NCBI GenBank assembly: GCA_964016885.1
Contig: OZ024743.1
Location: 310,496,001 to 310,560,000 of the forward strand
Length of the DNA stretch: 64,000 nucleotides
Source: Eledone cirrhosa
Lineage: Eukaryota
Direction of reading: 5' to 3'
The position numbers were made by a program, and so were the translations under genes. Every line of letters starts with the position of its first letter. The stretch's first letter is position 1. Below the pieces are notes generated by a model. That model did not search any database. It worked only from the letters and a program-made list of their open reading frames with translations, and was not told the origin of the DNA. Shown piece after piece: positions 56,841 to 64,000 of the stretch.

Positions 56841-56960
56841 GACTTACGGCCTGCCCGCCCAGCCAGTGGAATGGCGCCATCGTATGGCTAAAACAGCAGG
56901 TGCTGTGACCAGCGGCGCCGAGTGGCGCCCGACAGACTGGTAATATATAATTACAACAAT

Positions 56961-57064
<104 letters not shown>

Positions 57065-57604
57065 CAACAGTGACACTATATATGTGTGTGTGTAATAGAA
57101 AAAGTGAGGACGTTTCAATTCCGTATGAAAAATATTTATTGAGTTTCGACCTGTTACCCGCGTTTCGCAGATGGTTGGGTCAAGTTGAGCCATAGAAGTT
57201 ATGGACTCGACTCCAGTATTGATCGGCTCCACGGACTGGTGATGCGACAAAAGATATATTTTTGTTGTGGACCGAGAAAGTATATATAGGCATTGTGCCT
57301 ATTTTTTGTGCGTGGGTGTATGTGTATATTTCGGTGGGGCGGCAATGCGGGTGTGTATTCACCGGTTTGTATGTGCGTACTTACGTGAGAGCGCGAGTAA
57401 TTAAGGATTCGTGTTAGTGTGTTTGTGTGTGTGCGCGCGATGTGGGCACGTTTTCGAATGTGTATTGGTCAGTGAAAGACTTGCTTTGGTGTAAACAGGA
57501 ATTAGGGTTTTGTCGGGTGCACACGCTTGGACGATCCGGTACTAGTTTATCGTGTCGATAAAGACATTTCATGTTTTCAAAGAATTAAAAAAAGGGGATT
57601 GTGG

Positions 57605-57664
<60 letters not shown>

Positions 57665-58034
57665 GTAGGATGTGAGTTTTATTGTAGTACAATAAAGCAA
57701 TGCAGATATCGGATAAGAAGCACTCTACAGTTTGTAGGACTTGAGTATACATAATATATAAGATCAAAAGATTTTTGCTTTTTCTTTTAATTTCTAACCC
57801 CTAATCTGTACCTTTTCTCACTGTGCCTAACATAGAATCAATTATTACACATACACTATATTCTTACTTTATATCACCTTGAAAAAATCCTTCGTAAACA
57901 TAAACATTTTTTTTGACGTTAGATTATTCATCCTCTATTCATTATTTTTTTCTCACTTTCATCTAACTTATTCGTGCTCATCTCACAATATATCCTTACT
58001 TACATTACTTCTGTGTTTTTTTAATAATACATAT

Positions 58035-58192
58035 AAACATTTTCTTTCCATCGCACATAATATTAAACCCTTAAAATTATTCTTAATACATATTAACATT
58101 TTCTTTCCATCGCACATATTATTAAACCCTTAAATATTATTCTTAATACATATTAACAATTTCTTTTCATCGCACATATTATTAAACCCTTC
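58035..58192. repeat. ~59-bp tandem repeat, ~2.7 copies
   Basis: aacatttt(t)ctttccatcgcacat(a)attattaaaccctt. Confidence 0.85.
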
Positions 58193-58653
58193 AATATACA
58201 AACCTTAACTTTACATTATTTTTCTCTTCGTTAATTTTCAAATTCTTTTAATTTATACATTATCTTCCAACGGTTTTTCAACCTCTCAATGTAAAACAAT
58301 ATATTTATCTCAGTTATAAAAGCTATCTCACTCTCTCTATCAGCCATCTCTCCTCCTATCTCATCCTTCCTCATTATACTCCTCCCCCTCCACTTTTTAC
58401 TCTCATCTCCTCCTCTTTTTCATCCTTTCCAACCTCCCCGCCCTCAAAAAAATGTTTTCCCCAATATCACACATCAATCTAAAACTACTTTTCATATGTT
58501 GATTTAAAACTGCACTATCCACAAGTGTTTTTAACCTTCATATCATGTCCTCATATTTTATCTGATGAAAACGCAAATGTTATTGCATGATGATATTTGT
58601 TTTTGAAATGCGCATAAATAAAATACATGGAACTCATTTAACCATCTTTTGAT

Positions 58654-58715
<62 letters not shown>

Positions 58716-59041
58716 TATATATATGGGAAAATCTTTAAAACCCCGGCGGCAGAGCTCAAGCCGTTTTTAATTTTATAACTTCCCACTCTCAGATTCCTCT
58801 AGAATTCTTTTTTCGCCTGCTTTCTAGCTAGCCTAATTCCTCCACACTCCTTAGAATTTGCTGTATAGAATTCCCTTTCAACGCTTGATCGGCTTAACCC
58901 ACTCCCTAATTGTTCTACAGTTAAGTTCAGCCACCCACTGCCATGAAAGATTTAATTGTGTTTACAAGAAATGTTGACCAATCCTTTTGAAAACTACAAT
59001 CTTCAAAAATGTATCATCATCGCACGCCCATATAAGGAATT

Positions 59042-59144
59042 ACCCCCATGATCTCACGTAAGTTAGGCTATTTACTACCACTCTAAAAATTCTAATTTAG
59101 TCCAGAAATAGCCGTCGAAACGGCTTGAGCTCTGCCGTCGGATT
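59042..59144 (+). ncRNA. Hammerhead family H3, 5' pLTR copy (insertion in core)
   Basis: ggctattt...aaatagcc-gtc-GAAA-cggc[ttgagctct]gccg-TC-ggatt. Confidence 0.55.
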
Positions 59145-59339
59145 CTTGAACATTTTCCTATTACCCACTCTACTACCCAAAGTATTGAGTACTCTGGTGC
59201 GTTATGGTCCACCTGGTTCCTTACCACACTTCCTTCGGAATCTAGTTCCTACCTCCGTAGTGGACACTCTCAGACCCTACCACGCCATATCCCAACTTTT
59301 CCACGAAGCTCCAGTTTCTTCATAATACCTACCATCCGA

Positions 59340-61430
59340 AAACAAGCTATCGACTTCTCCATCAAGAACATCCCAGTTCCACCGAGAAAACTTTACCTAC
59401 GGATGCTCTCGCAAAAATCGACCTCTTTACGAAAAGATTAAGATGGAGAACATTCTTCTACGATAGATACCGCGACAACCAGGACTTCGACACCTAGGAG
59501 AGATTCGGATTCAATACCTACAAATCTCCCAGACCGAACCCTCTGTTCTCACCCTTCGAGAACAACCTCTTCCACCTGGTCAAGGGTATCAAATTCAAAC
59601 CCACACACAACCGATTCCTACAACTCAGTAGCAGAATAACAGAGTATGAAAGCACTAACGACATCCCGGTGCATTCGGACAAAACTGGAAACCCCTATTT
59701 CGTCAACCCTGACAGATACCACACACTTATCAGGAGCAGCCTGAACTCCACCTACAAGAAGGCAAACCATCTATAATCCATGACATAAATCTAGATGGAC
59801 AACCAATTACCTCCGGCTTCGGTGTTGCCGACCGTACTGAACCTCTCGACCCACGGACTCCTTACTTCACTCTGAAGGACCATAAATCCGACTTCGACCG
59901 CAAATCATCAATCAGGCTTATAAACCCGACGAAGTCGGACATAGGGAGAATCAGCAAAAAGATCCTAGAGCGCGTTATACCAAAAGTCAAGCAAAACGCG
60001 AGACGTAGCCTTTGGGTCAGCACCCAGGAAGTCATCTCATTGTTCAGGAATATTGAGGACAAACGAGACCCCAAATTCATCCTGTTCGACATAGAGAGCT
60101 ATTACGCCTCTATTACCCTACCGCTCCTTATGGCCGCTTTGGACTTTGCCAAAACACTCACGCCCATCACTGACCAGGAAAGAAACATCATTTTCCACGC
60201 CAGAAAGACAGTCCTCCTCTTCGACAACTCCAATTGGATAAAGAGAGCTACTGACTCCCCCTTCGACGTCAGTATGTGTGCGACCGACTCGGCGGAGGTC
60301 ACCGATCTTCTAGGATTATTCCTACTACATAAACTCACCGAAATGTTTCCTGCATTCGGCCGTGAATTGTACCGAGACGATGGGCTCCTTACCCTCAAAG
60401 GGTACAACCCCAGTAGTACGGATCGGGTCCGTTAACACATAATCAACTTTTTCCGGGACTGGGGATTTAAAATCACCCTACAAACGTCCCTAACTCGAGT
60501 CAATTTCCTGGACGTTACCCTCAACCTCGAAAATGATCTGTACTACCCATACAGGAAACCATAAGATAAACTTCACTACATCCACCGCCGCTCTAACCAT
60601 CCCAGAAACATCACCAATAACCTGGTGAAAAACATTTCCTTCCGTATATCTCGTTTGTCCGCTAATGAGCAGATATTTGATGAATATGCACCTTATTACG
60701 ATCAGGCTCTCAAGCGAAGCGGCTTTCGGGAGGAAATTTCCTTTTACCCAGCCTCCCCTAGCGGAACCAGCAGGCGACACCACCGCTCACGCCACGTAAC
60801 ATGGTTCAACCCTCCCCACAATGCCAAGGTTGCAACACCAATCGAGAAAATCTTCTTTAGACCCCGAAAAACACCTCCCACCACAACACCGCTACCACAA
60901 CATAATCAACAAAAATACTATCAAACTCTCCTACAGCACCACACCCAACTTCCCACAAAACATCGCCTCTTCAAACAACAAGATACTCAACTCCTATGGA
61001 AGAAACAACCTAGACATTAGTGGAGAGCCGAACAGGTGTAACTGCCCTGATAGATATACGTGCCCCCTCGACAATAGATGCCGAGAACGTAACGTGACCT
61101 ACAAATGCAACGTGAGGACGGAAAACTCCAACAAAGCCTATATAGGATTAACCGCTTGTGACTTTAAGACTCGGCACTACCAACACCGACATACGTTTAG
61201 AAACACGGCCTGGCGACATGCCACTACACTTTCGGGCCACATCTGGGACCTCCAAGATAATAACATCACATACCATCTTACTTAGAGCTTACATTCCAGG
61301 GCTAACTCCTACACGGGAGTACGCCGTCCGTGTACCTGATGCTCAGAGGAAACAATACAAATGCTGTTTACGAATGACCAATTCCTAAACAAAAAAGATG
61401 AACTTGTAACCGCATGTAAACACCGATTGG
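59340..61430 (+). pseudogene. PLE RT + CxCx5Cx5C + GIY-YIG, disrupted
   Basis: FSIKNIP, FDIESYYASI, LYRDDGL, VNFLDVTL, SNHP, WFNPP, CNCPDRYTCPLDNRC, TYKC...YIGLT, LNKKDELVTACKH. Confidence 0.92.
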
Positions 61431-62109
61431 GTAGGCTTACCTTGCCCTCAAACCCCCTCATGACCCGGGGGGTAGCATTGGCTGTAACATCATCCTTTTC
61501 CTCACTTGCCGAACAAGATAGGGGAAACCCCAGCATACGTAGGTACATGGAATTCTTTTCTTTTTTTCCATTTATCCCTTCTTCTCACTTCCTTCCACTC
61601 CCTTTCCTCTTTCGCTTACGTGAGGCAGCCCATCGGGATTTTATAGCCTCCCACCCCCGTAAATTCTATATAGCATTGGCCGAAAAAGCAATACCAGCTA
61701 ACGCAATACCAGCTAAAAATATAGCAGCTGTTTTAGACTCTAGTTTTTATTATATTTTATTATTTAATTTTTAACATTATTTTTTATTTATTATTATTAT
61801 TTTTTTTATTTTAATTTATAAACTTTTTAACTTTATAATTTTATAATTTCTCACTCTCAGATTCCTCTAGAATTTTTTTTTCGTCTGCTTTCTAGCTAGC
61901 TTAATTCCTCCACACTCCTTAGAATTTGCTGTATAGAATTCCCTTTCAACGCTTGACCGGCTTAACCCACTCCCTCATTGTTCTACAGGCAAGTTCAGAC
62001 ACCCACCACCATGAAAGATTTAATTGTGTTTACAAGAAATGTTGACCAATACTTTTGACAACTACAATCTTCAGAAATGCATCATCGTCGCTCGCCCAAA
62101 TAAGGAATT

Positions 62110-62197
62110 ACCCCTTGACAAGTTCGGCTATTTACTACTAAAAATCTAATTTAGTCCAGAAATAGCCGTCGAAAGTCTTGAGCTCTGCCGTCGGAGT
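62110..62197 (+). ncRNA. Hammerhead family H3, 3' pLTR copy with U3-A8 core
   Basis: acccc-TTGACAA-gtt-cggctattt...aaatagccg-tc-GAAA-(damaged strand)...gccg-TC-ggagt. Confidence 0.6.
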
Positions 62198-62640
62198 CTT
62201 GAATATTTTCCTATTACCCACTCTACTACTCAAAGTATTGAGTACTCTGGTGCGTTATGGTACACTTGGTTCCTTTTTACACTTCCTAAGTATATATATA
62301 TACTCTGGGAGGGTCATGCTGCCAGTAGAGCGTCATGCTGGGAGGGTCATGCTGGCACGTGTTGGTTTCATTTCAATTTATTGAAAATTTCCAGTTGGTT
62401 GGTTTAATTACGGGATGGTTTTTTGGTTATTGTCAAACAAACAACCATCCGTGTATTTCTATTGGCAGCATGACCCTTCCAAATTATAACAAAATAAGAT
62501 TCAACACACGTTTTCAGATGAGAATTCTTGCAAAAGAAATACAAAAATGAATTATATGACAGGAATAGAACTGTTTCATTCGTAAGCATCCACACGAATG
62601 AAACAGTTCTGTAGAGTGGAAACAGTATATATATATATAT

Positions 62641-63478
62641 TCTGTCCGTCCTAACCACCATCCTAAACCTTGTCTTTAGTAACCACACAGCTCTTCTCGT
62701 TTCATAACTTTTTGTATTTACCGCTGTGACCCTACCTGCTTTGGTCGATCTGTGTACCCTCCACACTTTCGCATCGACCTTTCCCTCTCTCTTCCCTCTC
62801 CTCACTCTCGTCTTTTTTCTCTCTCCCTCTCACTCTATCCATCCGTTCGGTTTTGATTGTTGACATGATTACACGTGCCGTGGTGGCCTCTCTATCCGCA
62901 ATCTTTACGGCACGTTTTTACCACCGTCGTAAAAAACCCTTCTCCTCCCTTTTGGTTGCCCGTGTCTCTCTCTCACTTTCTCCTGTCTATACGAGAGGCA
63001 GCACGGTTATACCAGCTCTGAGTCGTAGCTGACCACCAGGCTAAAGTCTCCCAGGTTGGCCACAACTTACTTTCCATATTTTTCCACGGTTACTTTTTTG
63101 CATGTTTCTTTCACCTGTGTCTTCCCACGATGGGATCTGGACACTTTTTTTCTTCCATTCCTTTCCTACCTACCCCCCCCCCCCCCAATCCCCCTCTCTC
63201 CTCATTTCCCCCCTCTCCCTGTTTTTCCTCCTTTTCTCTCTCCTTTTGTTCTCTCTTTTTATCTCTCCTTTTCCACCTGGCTTTTTGATTAATAAAAGGC
63301 CCCGGGCGCACCCGAACTACACCGATGTCCTGTAATTCGGCGCCGAAACATCGGTTGGGGATACATTTACAGCTGACGATGGAAACTCCTTTCTTCCTCC
63401 CTCCTCCTGTTCCGTCCTAACCAGCATCCTAAACCTTGTTTTTAGTAACCACACAGCTCCTCTCGTTTCATAACTTTT

Positions 63479-63482
<4 letters not shown>
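62641..63482 (+). mobile_element. Pyrimidine-rich pLTR-like element with ~75-bp terminal direct repeat
   Basis: tccgtcctaacca(c/g)catcctaaaccttgt...cataactttttgtat at ~62645 and ~63411; (TA)n flanks. Confidence 0.6.
63321..63382 (+). ncRNA. Hammerhead-like motif with non-canonical strand order
   Basis: accgatg-TC-ctgtaa ... cc-GAAA-catcggt ... ttacag-CTGACGA-tgg. Confidence 0.55.
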
Positions 63483-63545
<63 letters not shown>

Positions 63546-63546
<1 letters not shown>

Positions 63547-63688
63547 GAAGTGGTTACACAACAGTTAGTTCACCATACCGAGAACAATTGTTTCACATTA
63601 GCGGATCCTCAGCTCGTAATCCTGAGCATCCGCTAAGGTGAAATAATTGTTCTCGGTATGGTGAACTAACTGTCGTGTAACCACTTCT
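63546..63688. ncRNA. 143-bp hairpin made of two opposed minimal hammerheads (63579-63616 minus; 63622-63655 plus, damaged)
   Basis: Minus: cgag-CTGAGGA-tccgctaatgt-GAAA-caattg-TT-ctcg. Confidence 0.7.
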
Positions 63689-63757
63689 GCCTAACTCGTC
63701 CCATGGACTGAGTGCTCTACCACTACGGATATTACCTTCCAGTGTTCTACCACTATA

Positions 63758-63811
<54 letters not shown>

Positions 63812-63812
<1 letters not shown>

Positions 63813-64000
63813 TTTCTGAGTGCAACTGCTCCACCGAGATAATTTCTGAATATTTAGACACCATCCTCACCCCGTTGGTCGGCAATCTCCCCTCCCGCAT
63901 CCACGATACAAATCATGTCCTTAGACTTTTCAACTCTTTCTCCTTCCCTCCTGGTCCATCCGCCTTCTCTTTACCCTGGACATCACTTCTCTCTATACCG
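63812..64000 (+). pseudogene. PLE RT fragment of a different lineage (Neptune/Poseidon-like), runs off the window
   Basis: VSECNCSTEIISEYLDTILTPLV...IHDTNHVL; frameshift; LLFTLDITSLYT. Confidence 0.8.

Larger units (their letters stand above)
58725..62290 (+). mobile_element. Penelope-like element 3, direct pLTRs (~58770-59235 and ~61835-62287) plus a short inverted 5' tail
   Basis: ~450-bp direct repeats; 58725-58768 is an inverted copy of ~59118-59160; (TA)n flanks. Confidence 0.92.

Overview
AT-rich eukaryotic, repeat-dominated DNA. The microsatellite density and the SINE, RTE and Penelope repertoire suggest an invertebrate, probably an octopus or other cephalopod (inference). I see no host protein-coding gene; nearly all track ORFs are (TA)n/(CA)n artefacts or retroelement remnants. 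The window holds three decayed Penelope-like elements (PLEs) with RT, a CxCx5Cx5C linker and C-terminal GIY-YIG, plus two further PLE fragments. It also holds two Tx1/L1 LINE pieces with several 3' tails, an R4/Dong LINE, RTE fragments, a CRE 3' end, many tRNA-type SINEs and a MITE. The main unannotated signal is a large set of hammerhead ribozyme (HHR) motifs, read by eye, in PLE pseudo-LTRs and in small ORF-less fold-back elements inside (TA)n. Several have atypical cores (CAGAAGA, CCGAAGA, U3-A8 UUGACAA) or an ~80-nt stem II. One, at 63321-63382, has all three HHR strands in an order matching none of types I-III. Coordinates of decayed elements are approximate.
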